Made by a program: the position numbers and the translations under genes
DNA from: the human T2T-CHM13v2.0 reference genome, Homo sapiens
Length of the DNA stretch: 64,000 nucleotides
Assembly (NCBI RefSeq): GCF_009914755.1
Contig: NC_060942.1
Direction: 5' to 3' (one strand)
Shown: positions 30,131 through 44,800 of the stretch, in pieces
How the letters are laid out: each line of letters begins with the position of its first letter
Numbering within the stretch: position 1 is the first letter of the stretch
Notes under the pieces: generated by a model
The model's input: only the letters and a program-made list of their open reading frames with translations
Told to the model about the DNA's origin: nothing
Databases searched by the model: none

Positions 30131-31650
30131 TCCCCCGTGGTGTGTGTGTAGTGTAAATTCTTGGAGCTTAGCTGCTTGGCTCTGTGTACTGGAGCAAGTA
30201 CTAAGTTTTCTGAGCCTACATTTTTGTAATGGGTAAACAGTCATAATGTGTATAAATAACTCTTTATTCTGAGTTCAAAATGAGAAACCTTCTGAAAAAT
30301 TTTTAGCATAGTGGTGGCCATACAGTAGGTGTTCCGTGAACATGTTCTTTCATGTGTTGTGCACAGGTGGGCATTGCTCCTGAGAATGCAAGGTGGTAGG
30401 CGGCCACCTGGGTCTGTAGCCGGAAGGTGACATGCGTTTTCATTGAGGCCAGAGGAGAGTGGCCTTCTACTCTGAAACATTTGTCTTTTCGGCTGAGCAA
30501 TGGCCCAAATGACTTGCAGTTTAATCCACAGACAGGATCATTTTTAAAACATGGGCATCAAGGAATTTATCTTCCCAAGCCTGGTTTTTCTTGATGATTT
30601 CTAATGAAACTTTGTATTTGTTGGTCACTGATATTTTCAGTTAACGAAAACACATCGGTATTGGACTTTGTTTTTTTTATGGCTTCTGTGAAGCACTGAA
30701 GGCTGTCATTTTTGACAAAACTATTGTAACTCTTAATAAGTTGTCTAAGCTTTAAGGCTGGGCAAATAAATCTTAAGGAATTTTCATCTTGGTAAGGTGC
30801 CTGTCCCTCTGATGAGATTAGCTTCATATTTCAGGGTGTTCTGTTCTGGAGGAAACCAAGAATTTCTTCAGTATAAGTGAAACCTTAGCACTGGCTTCAC
30901 CTCAGCAGATGCAGGGGAAATCAGCCTCTTTGTCCTGTAATTGCTTTCATCAAATTGAAGATCCCATGGGAGGAAGTTTTCCTGCAGGGAAATTCCTGTT
31001 TATGGGAATGGCTGTGCATCCATTTGTCAAGAGCTATTGTTATTCTGATGTGACACCTTCCATTCCTCCCAGTCCTGTAAAAAATATGACATCTATTAGA
31101 ACCTAATTACTTATGCCATTAACATGTTGTTCCCCACTGAAATTTCCTGGAGTTTGAAGGAAGACAAGATGTGGGTGTATGATAGATATATTTAGATATT
31201 TAAACATTGGAATTACGTGGGAAAAGGTGGTATATGGTAGCACAGTGTAAGAAATTCTATGTAGAATTTTTATCTTCCTATTTTTAAGGCATTATATACA
31301 GTTAAAGTCAAATTATTTTAAGTTACAGTGACTAAAAAATATGTTGACAGTTTCTAATAACTTTAAAAAGTAGTCCAACACAGAATTTTGGATGAATGGA
31401 TGCCAAAAAATGGGCTTTCAGTTCATTTTCTTTTATGGTGACTAGGCTCCTGGGATTTTCTTCGATCTGATTGTGCAAAATAGTTGATGCACTGGATTTT
31501 TCCTATCCATTCACAAGTATCCTCCCACCCATTCCTCCAGTCATTCAGCCAGCCATCTGGTAATCATTTTTATTTATAGTGCCAGGAAATTGGGTGGATA
31601 AAAAGATGTATATTTCAGAAGTGCAGTTTTATCTTTTTAAGGAACTCCTA

Positions 31651-31790
31651 TCTGGGCACAGTGGTTCACGCTTGTAATCCCAGCGCTTTGGCAGGCTGAG
31701 GTGGGAGGATCACTTGAGCTCAGGAATTCGAGACCAGCTTGGACAACATGGAAGAGACCCCAGTCTCTACAAAAAGTGAAAAATAAATAA
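31651..31790 (+). mobile_element. Alu left monomer (FLAM_C-like)
   Basis: ctgggcacagtggttcacgcttgtaatcccagc...cagtctctacaaaaa. Confidence 0.85.
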
Positions 31791-34299
31791 GTATATAACT
31801 CCTTTGGTTTGAAGGAGATTCTGTAATTCTGCATAGCAGATCAGAGTTCTGGCTCTGAACACAGACTCCAGAGCGTACTTGAATCCTACCAGCCAGAAGT
31901 ATGAGAAATAGCCAAAGACAGCTTGTGGTAAGCCTCAATTTAGAAAATTGTCAATCATTTCTCTTGAAAGTAAAAATTTAATTTAAAAATTGGAAATTAA
32001 ATTGGATTGATTTGCATAGATTATTTACCCATTAGTTAGGTGCTACATGTGCTTTATCTGATTTAATTTTCATAACAATGCTGTGAAAGAAGCAATCATA
32101 TTCCTGTCTGACGGATGAGAAAGAGGGGCCAAACATGCATGGCTGCCACCTAACCATTAAAGGAGTCTGGTCTTGGGCTGAATCCATTAAAGTCCCATGC
32201 TTAAGCTTTAAGTTGTTCTCAATAGAAAGGAAAAGGTCCAGTCATCCAGTTCTACCACTTGCTACTGCCTGTATGGCCGCTGATTGTCACTTAGCTTTTC
32301 TTTGCCTAATTTTTATCAGCTACCACAATGGGAATTAATGCCTTTCTTATCAAATTTAATACACTGTTGTGAGGATGTCGTGGAATAATGTGTGTGAAAA
32401 TGCTTGCTACAGTGTATCATGTTACATACATGAAAGTTAATATTCTTATACTTATTCCACTGCATTTTTAAATGGAGTCTTTCACAACAGTCTGAGAAAT
32501 TCTTCTATTCTAGCTAATGTCAGTGAGTTGTCAATTTGTTCCTAAGTGTTTATTGGGCAATTATTGTGAAATACTGAAGTGGTGGAAGTAGAGACAATTA
32601 CATGACAAATTTTGAATAATATGATATTAAAATAAAAAGAGAAAGAGCTGCTAAAACCTGGTATTTTAATAAATTAGACATATGGAACTCCTGCTTTATT
32701 TAAGAAGTAGACATAGGGCTTTATTAGTGCAGGATTAAGCATGTAGTTGGCTAATGTCAGTGAATTTTTCTTGAATATTCGGGACATAAAACAGAAAAGG
32801 AGTTTATATGTAGTGTAATTATTTCTTACATATGTTTTGGTCAGTAAGCCGGTTTATAGAGAAACCTATGCTTGTTCCTTAAACTGTAGATTAAGAATAT
32901 AGGAGTTATTAAAATTAATAATACTTTTGTTTACATAAAAGTAGGACTGCATTATTTAGTAGCTGTTATTCAGAGCTTAGTGTGCTCTTTTCTAAGAGGC
33001 TTCATGAGTATCCCGAAATAACTGCAAAATTCATCAAATGGAAATGATTACCATGAAATCAGGCTTCTGACTTAGATTTTTCCGCAATTAGTGGGAAAGC
33101 ATCACACGTGGATTTATGTTATTTGGACAGACTGGGGAAAGCCTAAACCAGACTATACATTTTCAAGAATTACTCAGTAGAGCTTCTTAGAGAGGTCTAG
33201 TGAAAACTAAGTAAAATCAGGTTTGAAAAAATTAGACCACATATCTCTACAGATTTGAGGCTCAAAAAGGCCACGGTGTGAAGAAAACTGGATTCTGTTA
33301 CAAAAGAATGATTAGTGTGTTTGTTTTCCTGCAAGTCATAAAGGCAAGCTAGTTTCTCAGAATGAATATTGAGTGCTGAGGTTTTTGTCCTAGGGCCTTG
33401 AAAGGTGGTGGAATCTAGGAAACTGAAATGGCAGGTGGAAAAAAAGGTTCAATTATTCTGTAAAGAGGCATGTCTTCATGAAGAATAGAGTGGGAGTAAG
33501 GTAGAGTAATTATCAACTATATTTGAGAAGGTCTTATATAAAAGTAAAATACTGCAACCTACCCAGCACTCTCAGTGCATTTTATGAGGTTCTGTTTTTC
33601 CTCTCATAGAATTTAAGATCTATATGATTGGCTTATTATGTTTATTGTTTAGGTTGTCTCACTTATTAAAATATATTCCTAGTGCCTAGACTAGTACCTG
33701 GCACATGGTAGGTAATAAATACATATGTATTGAGTGAATAAATGAACCAGAGGCTAGGTTCTTTGTGGCCCTTGGTCTATTTGTCTGAAAAATGAGAACT
33801 GTATTGGACACCCCCAATATTTTTCCCAGAGCCACTATGAGGATAATTGTGTTCATCGACTTTTATCTTATTTTTGACTGAGCTGGGGCTGTATTGTTTG
33901 CAGTTCAAATATATTTTCTCATAAGAAAAAAACAAAAGCTAAGTGTATTTAAATTCTTAACTCTAGTTGAGAGACCATCCAGGGGATCAGAGTCTGAAGT
34001 CAGAATACTAGCCCTGAACCCCAGCATGCCATTTTCTGAGTCTTTCTATCACTTATGTTATAGAAAGGATGAAATCAAAGGAATAATAATAGTGGTCAAG
34101 AAAATCACCTCTAACTTTTATTGAACTGGGTTCAAATCCTTAGCCTTTTGTTAGCTGATGACCTTGGGTAAGTTACCCAAATTCTCTAAACATTCCATCT
34201 TCTCTGCTGTATAATTTTAATAAGTGGTACTTCTTAGAGTTGTTGCAAGGGTTAAATAAGATAATGGAAATAAGAGTGTATCAGTTCATCAGTCAATGG

Positions 34300-35859
<1,560 letters not shown>

Positions 35860-36495
35860 CCATCATAGTCTTGACAGTAGGACAGTAAGACGCTTCCTTT
35901 CCACATTTCTTTTTACCAGCCACGTGGTGGCTGGATGGCGATTGGTTCTGTGGCCAGCTTGCTCTCTGAAGGGTGGATGGAGGAAGGTGACCCAGCTTCA
36001 AGTGTACGTGTACCTTCCAGGGAGAGGGCAGAGGTAAAGCAGGTCTCTGCTACTCCAGGGTTTCTCCCGGTGTGAACTCCCAGGGCTGTTTCTCACTCTC
36101 AGTGAAAGCTTTTTCCTCCTTTTCCCAGGGTGTTTCCCTTCTGCTTTCTGTTGTTTGTGGCCATGATTTTTGGTCATCTTTGGAATCTCAGTCTCAAAGC
36201 TTTTCTCTGGCTTTTTTGATCCTAGAACAAGCATAGGATCTTTTTAAGTTTCACTTTTGTTTTTTAAATGTAACAGTATGGGACATGTAAGGAGTCAGAA
36301 CACCACTCCCAGACATACGCATTACTGCAAAGCATGGCAGTGTCCAGGATACTGAAGTAGGAATCAGGTGCACTCTAGAGATGCACCACATGGCTTGTTT
36401 GTCTGTCCACACTGGAACAGAGAGATGAAGAGGCAGAAAAGGAGAGGGAGCCTCCATGAGCTCCTGTTTCATATGCCAGCCATCCTAGGTGGTGG

Positions 36496-36969
36496 TGTAT
36501 TAGTGTGCTAGGGTGGCCGGAAGACTGGGCGGGTTCCACAGCAGAAATTGATTGTCTCACAGTTCGGGAGACTAGAAGTCCAAGATCAAGGTATTGGCAG
36601 ACTTGGTTCCTTTGGAGGGCTGTGAGGGAGAATCTGTTTCATGCCTCTGTCCTGGCTCCTGGTGGTTTTCTGGCTCTCTTTTCTGTTCCTTGGCTTTGTA
36701 GGTGCATCACTCCTGCCTCTGCCTTTTTACTCATATGGCATTCTTGTTCTCCCTGTGTGTGAATCTTTGTGTCTAAACTCCACCTTGTATTAGAATACAA
36801 GTTACTTTGGATTAAGGGTCCACCCTACTTGATTATGTCCTCATCTCAACGAATTATGTCTGCAATGACCCTATTTTTAAATAAGACCTGATTCTGAGGT
36901 CCCGAGGGGTTAGGAGTACAACATAAGAATCTGGGGGGATGAAATGAGGACAGAATTTGACCCATAACA
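36496..36969. mobile_element. MaLR LTR (MLT1-type)
   Basis: tgtattagt...tctcacagttc..gactagaagtccaagatcaagg...cccataaCA. Confidence 0.8.
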
Positions 36970-39900
36970 TTTGGCATTTCAAGGGGACCATTTTTATATA
37001 AGGAATGTATGAAAAGTTTAAAAGCCTGTATTTGAGGATTATCTCTGTGGAGGTGACACCTTTGAGATTTCAGGAAAATGTTTGAGAGGCTGCACTACCC
37101 TCTTCCCCAACATACTGCCTTCTTCTACAGGAAGGGATTGTATGATTTTATTTGGGTACGTGGCCCCCCACCACAAGGACTATATTTCCTAGTCCCTCTT
37201 GCAGTAGGTGTGGCCAGGTGTGGGCTGTAGACCAGAACTGTCCAGGAGAACTTTCTGTGATGATGGAATTGTCTGGTACAGTAGCCACTAGTCATACAAG
37301 GCTACTGAACACTTGAAATGTGGCTAGAGTCTTTAAGGAAAGAATGTTTAATTTTAGTTAGCTTTAGTCACTTTGAGTTTAAAGAGTTACATGTGGCTAG
37401 TAGCCCTGTGTTGAACGGTACAGCTGTAGACAGTGGGGTAAATGTGGAAGTGCTTGCACAGCACCTGCCAAGCTCCTTGTGAGGAGGGAGTGCCCCCTTC
37501 TTCCTCCCCTTCCTCTGTCCTTCTGCGTGGGATGTGGATGTGCTGGCTGGAGCCCCCTCCTGACAGTGACGATGAGGACTGTACCACAGGTACTGTGGAA
37601 CTGTGGGTGGAAGGGTTGGGGTTCTTTAAGGACACTGTGGAGCAGAGCTGCCAAATCAGCTCCGGGCTACTTACACACATGAAATATATTTTGGTGAGAA
37701 ATATTCTGATACCTTATTTAACCAACTGACATTTGAGTTTTCCTGCCCTCTTTGTCTAATTGGATCATAGTTAATATAGGAGGCAAAAGCCAAGTATAAA
37801 TCCCAGCATCATTAGTGATGATGATAGAAATCTTTTATCTCCCCCCAAATCCTCCTTGCCACTTTTAAACAATCTGAAAAACAGGAAGCAGAGTTGTTGA
37901 CTTAGGAACCCACAGCCTTCCATTCCCATTATTGGAGGAAGCCCTTAAGGAACTCCCCCACCCCAGTGGGATTAACCACCAATGTTGACTACATGTCCTG
38001 AAAACTTTTCTTCTGTAAAAAGTTTAGACCAATTTGTCCATGTTAAACTCTAGTATAATTTCAGAATTCCTCCATTGATATTTCTTGATTACAATTTAAA
38101 TGGTCTGTTTCTCATGATGAGACAACTGCATTTGAGGAGCAGTTTCACTTACCTGTGACATGTTCTTAAGTCTTCGAGCTGCTCTCATGCTTGCCTTTGG
38201 AGTTACTTGCCCAGAAAAACACCCTGAATAGTCTCATGAAGAACCAAGGGGCACTGCAGGAACAGGCCTGGGAGGTAGCCCACTCAGTCACTGCTGAAAG
38301 GGAATGGAGGAGGGGACAGAGTTGTTCTTCTCACCCAACTGCATTTCGGCACCCTTTTAGCTGGCAGAATTACCACCCACTATTTTTGCTGGCAGCACTA
38401 CTGCAAGTTGTGAGTTAAAAAAAAAAACAACAAAAAAAACTCACATTTTTTTTTGGTCAAGCTGTTTTGACAGGGGTTTTGTCTTTAAATAGTAATCACT
38501 CATTAATTGCCTTTCTCCCTGCAATCCAGAACCTTCCTGGTTTCCTTGTATACTTTGGAATAGGCAGAGATGTGAGCCACTAACGTTTTTATTTTAAGTG
38601 AGATTATGGGTGTGTTTTTAAAAGTATTCCTTGGGGCCCTGTGGGAAGTGCATGTCCTGACCTCTGTAGGACTGGGGCCCTCTGGAAGGGTAATTAGAGT
38701 CTGGCCCCATTTGCTCCTGTCTGAGCCGATCAGTGTGAGGAGGTGGTGTATGGTTTGTGCTTATCAGGTCACAGGCATAAAGATGAGGCTTGCTGCTAGA
38801 CTCACTCCAGTGATGGATGGATCTACTGCCTTGTGGTTTATAAAGTGTAGATATATATTCTCAATTCCATGTTAGGGATCTTGAAAAACCAAAAATCTTT
38901 GCAGAAATCTCTGGAGTTAAGCAATTGTGTTTTTAAGTGGAGTTATCTGCCTCCCAAGGCCAGACCTGTCTTCGCTTTGACAAGCATTTAAAAAATTCAG
39001 TTAAGCAAGTGGGATAAAAGCCTGTGTTTGCAAATGGCTTAAGAGGCCTGCTGTCTACCATTATAATGACACATAACGTTGGTTAACTTGGTTTTTTGAC
39101 TCCCTAAGCAAAGGTCTTATTCATTTTTGGTTTTAAGATCTGGTATTCTACTTGATAAGGGTTTCCATAAAAATCCACAAATACATAATATCTAGGTTTT
39201 GCTAGGAAAATAGGAATTACAGGATAGTGTTGTGACTAAAGGATATTTTTCTCTGTTATCGCTTTAATAACTATAAAAGGAAATACCATGGTTTAAGTTT
39301 AGTTTTGATAAGCTAAATTTAAGTTTATATCCTCTTTTCGCTTTTACATTCTGTTGTTTCATTTGTTTTAAAAAAAAGAACACTCAAGTGATTTCTAAGC
39401 CTCTTAGTAAAACAAGCTTGTTAAAGACTGTTTTATAACATCTTTCACATTCCTCTGAAGTACTTTGTAGAATTAACCCTTTACCCTAACTTTGGAAACC
39501 ACCTGTGTGCTCACTGGCTATGCCTGGTCTAGTTTTCTTTTTGTTCTGGTGAATATTGTGCAGCTGCGGATAGAATAACATTCCTCGTATCAGTCTTTAC
39601 TCAGCTGTTCAGAATGACTTTTTACTGGCTATTAGAGCCAATAGAAGTTTTCTGTTTTATATTTAAGACCCTCCAACGCTCCAAAATCTGACATTCTTAC
39701 CTCTCTCATGCCATGCCCCTACCTTATCCTCCCCACCTGTTGGTCACTTTCAGCACAGGTTCTTTTCCCCACAAATCTGGAAAAAATACGTGCTATCTCA
39801 TGACCACAGGTTACTTCATTTGGCTTCTTTGCTTTCGTATGAGTACACACCCACCTAGAATTGCCTCCTTCACAGCCTCTGTCTCCAACAAAACTGAACT

Positions 39901-41494
39901 CCCAATGCGGCTATGCATTTCAACATCCAGAGTTGAGCATCAAAGGCCAAAAATGATCAAATGGAAGCAAGTCCCCCTTGGGGTAGGAACAAGGATGCTG
40001 CCTGTGGCAGAACAGAGCTCTCTATGCACCAAATGGCTCCAGGTGAACCCCCCTCCTCCATTCCACATAGCCCCACTCCCCGCAGAAGGACAGACACTGT
40101 GCTTTTCACTTACCCCAGTGAGATGCACACATATTTGCTTTCTGTATGTGCCATGGTAATGAGGAAGGCTGGGAAGCACTGACTGGGAAGCATCAGCCTC
40201 GAAGATAAGCCCTTGCCTAATGTTCAAGGTCAATGTCACTTTGTTCCCAGCTTACCTTTCTGCCCTGATCTGCTGACCCCAGGAATGCCTGTGCTTCTTG
40301 GCTCAGACTACTTCTGCCACAACTTTGAGGTGAAACTGACATTTCTGCCTGTCTGCCGGATGTGTCTCCAGTCGCTTTCCACTGGACCCTCCCCTGACTC
40401 ACTGTGCTGTTGTAAATAGCCTAAAATGTTAGAATCTCATTCAACGTTTTTGTATCCCTCCACCCACATATTTAACTTGCTTGGATCTTCAATTCCCATT
40501 GATACTCCTCTTAATACATTGCCACTGCCATAATCTGCCTTTATTGACCATGCCATTCCAGGTAAGTGATTTCATGTCCTGGGGTCTTGAGTCTCTCATC
40601 TGAAAACAAAGGGAGTCAGGAGTCATGTTCTTTACGTATTATTTGGAATTAGACCTGTGTCTGGAAAGTCAAGTTTTTCATGTCCAAGTTGTGTGATTTG
40701 GGGTAGAAAACATATTCCCTCCAAACCCCAGTTTCTTCATGTGTACAGTATATACAGTTCTTTACTGATGGTGTTGCTACATCCTGATAGAGAATTAAAT
40801 GAGACCCATCTTTTCGGTGTGACCTGCACACTACCAGGCACCTAATATACATCTGGTATACACTAACTACTGCAAAAGCCTTCAACCTAGTCAGTTCACT
40901 CTCTAGGGCATGATTCTTCCTCTGTGAAAATTTTCCACATACCTTCTCTAGCTAATAGAAAATGCTTTCTCAATTTTTGTCGTTTCTTTTACAGTTAGTA
41001 AATAATGACAAGTGTGTTGAGTGCTACCAATGTGAAGTGCAAGTTTGACGGGACATAGGGAGACCTTATTTGGTTAGGGTGGGCTGGGCTGCCACCCCAA
41101 CCAAATTAGGTTGCCCATGCAGAGTTGTTGGCTGAATGACTTTTCTGCTGTCTGGCATTTACCAAGCGTAATGACACCTTTTTGATTTTTCTTTTTCCTC
41201 CTGTTTCCCCTCCAACTCACACATACAGAATTAATTAAATGTTTTTTGGTTTCAACTCTTTATCTCATCTTGTATGGATTAGCCAAATTTCCTGCCTAAG
41301 TTATTAAACCAAGTTGAATTCTGCTATATGTGTGTTTGTGTCTTCGGGATCTGATCATCTTTGAGGTATGATTCTGAATGTCATTTGAGCTTATTCTTTA
41401 TGACATTCTAGAAAAGTATGTATGCTAGGCCTCGAATATATTCTTTTTTTAAAAAAATTTCTATAATTTCAAAAGGTAGGAAACATGACAGTAA

Positions 41495-41832
<338 letters not shown>

Positions 41833-44800
41833 AATTTTAGATTTTATTAATGTTAGACATAGACTCGTGTGTCATAGAAAACAATACTCAGAGAAAACTA
41901 CGTACCTAGATGTTTTTTGGCCTTTTAGTTAGGCACTTGGCAATGAATGTGTTTTCTAAGTTTATTAGTTACTTTGATAGATATTCCTGGTCTAAAATCT
42001 ATTTCTTTTTATTTTTTGTAAGTATTCTTTCTGTCTAACCCCTCTTTAAAATAAAAAGTTATTTAGGAGTTTAATGATTTGGGGGGAGGGGCAGATTCTG
42101 GTAATGTGATGAACGAGATGGGGAGGAGCAGTCTTGCAAACCTTTGGTTTAGTAGAGAACCAAAACCAGTTTGGAAGGGGATACAGGTCTCTTTCTAGCC
42201 ATATGTATTTGACTGAACATGTTTGTTTGGAAAAACTAGTAGTTTTGTAAATCATCCATTGAGAGCCAGCAAGTTATCTCTACATTTGTGAAAGAAAAAA
42301 ATTGAGGTGGATATGGGTTTCCTTTTTCTATGTGTGTCCGTATTGTTTTGATTGTATAGAGGTAGATATTTTTCTTCATTTTGACTGAAAGTAAAGTCAG
42401 AATTATATGTATATCTATACATATATATGTATAGATATATTTATTTTCTACATTTTAAGAGGAAGCAGCGTGTTTTAAGAGTGAAAGAAAATAAGCTTTG
42501 AAAGCAGACACATCTTGATTTGAGTGCTAGTTACTATCATTAGCTTGCTTATATAATCTTGAGAAATCTTTTCTTTCTCGAAGCCTTAGTTTGCCCATCA
42601 GCTAAATGAGCACAGTACATCCTATATGGTAGGGTTGTTGAGTATGAGTGTTAAGTGAGGTAAGTTAAGTCAACACAACGTAGTAAGAGATCAGTAAGTA
42701 TCAAATTCCATTCTCACTCACTATATGTAATATAAATAGGTTTAAATCAACAGAGTGAGTTTATCTGTAACTGCAGACTTTCTTTGCCATAACACCTTTA
42801 AAAAGTTTTAAATGCTTAAATTTACTGTTCTTTCAACTGCCAGTTTAGTGTTAGTTCATATCATTTTGTTTTGGCCGTATTTGCTAATGTTATTGGTGGA
42901 GTCATACCATTTTCTGTTGGCTTCATTTATAATTCTATTTTTTTTTTGGCTGTCTACACATTATTTCATTTTGGGACCTGCTACACTGTTGGATTTTTGG
43001 CTTTACTCACCTTTTCCCCCCTTCTCCACTTTTGACCCATCTCCTCCTATTTCATTTTGGCACCAGTAAAGTAATGGTTCATGTGTATGCTGGAAGCCTA
43101 CCCCATACATCTCTATGGGTGCAGTATTCCTTTTTATTGTGTTTTATTTTTCAAAATGACAAGCTTATATTTCCAGTATGTGAAAATGCTTTAGAACTTC
43201 TTGTTGAATATAGATTAGTTGACATTTTAAGTCTTAGCCCATGTTGTATGGTTGTGTTTTGGTTTTCTATTTCTTCTTTACTCTTTTCATCATATACCTT
43301 GTAGTTTTTGTCATCAGTGAATGATTTTTGAGAATCCTAATGTGCACAGCATTCTGCTGGATCTTGTACTAAGCAGTTTAAAGAGACCCTGTGCAATTAC
43401 CCGACATTTCCTGTGTGCTTCTTATAGGCAGAATTTCATAGAATACAAATTATCCTCTTCTAGGTACTTGAATCTAAAACAAATATGGACACACAGAGCA
43501 AGAAAATAGCTGAACAGTGAGTATGTGAAGAGTAAACCAACAGACACCAGGATTATTCACCATAGGCCAGCCTTCTAGCTCCCAAGATGTTCCCTCCCTG
43601 CCAGTCTTCATTGTCTCTCAGTATTGAGATGTCAGCCTCCTTTCCATATTACCTGGAATAATTGCCAAGCAGTCATGCCACTTGAAAATGAGGTAACAAG
43701 TCCTTTGATTGAACTGGCAGTCCCACTCCCTGTCATAGCATCCTTGTATCAGTGTTGTTTATTCATTTCATGGTCTGTTCTCTCAAGAAATAAGCATCAG
43801 GAGTGGACAGTGATGTTTGGGGGGATCCCAAGGCACATGGGAGGCAGATCTTACCTCTTTCTGAGGAGGCCACAGAGAGCTGGATAGTCCCTCTGTCTGC
43901 TCCCTGGTAGCTGGAATGTGGATCTGTGACTCCATGCAGCCAACTGGAAGCTTAATGCAGGGAATGTGAACTTTGAACTAGTTAGAGATTATTCACTGTG
44001 AGGCTTTTGCAAAGGGCACAGGCTGGATGAGTGGCCGTGAGCGTCCGTGTTCCTGAGCAGACTGTGCTGTGGCCCAATCCTGTGCGTGTCTCCTCTTCAG
44101 GCTCCTGCCGGAGCATGCTTCTCTAATCTTACCATTTATCACTGACCCTTCGGTGAAACTCTCTTCTGTTTAAATTTACCAGGGTACACTTTGTAATACT
44201 TGGGACCAAGAATTTGAAGATAGTAATCAGACAAATCAAACAACTAGTAGTAGTGGAGAGACACGTAGCCCTACAGGAAGGGGTAGAATTATCATTAAAA
44301 ACACAGACAAACCAGAGACTGCCTGAAAAAAAAAAAAAGATGAACTGGAAAGATTCAAAGTAGGCTCTATTGGAGGTGAGTATGGAAAACAAGCTTAGCT
44401 TTTTATTTTGAAGTTTCCTTCCAGGAGTTGGATACTGTGATCTCTTCAATCAGCATGTTTATATAGTGAGGAGGAAGACCAGAAATGAGAAGAGGAATAA
44501 GAAAATGGCAGCACAGCCTTTTGGGGTATGGATAAGGGTGGTCTTCCTGCTACAGCAGAGGAGAGGGGCATGTGTGGCCCATGTGGAAGAGCAACTGAGT
44601 TGGTGGCTGACTGAATTTGGGTCCGAAGCAAAAATAGGATATGAGGATAGGTATAAGAATTTTATTTTGTGCTATGTGTGTCATTTGGCTTTTAAACTGT
44701 CTAGAAATAAAATGAGATGAAAACAATCTGCCCTCATTTCTTGGTTGCTTTTCTTAAATATCATTGGCCCAAAGCATAGCCAAGCCTTTTATTTAGAAAA

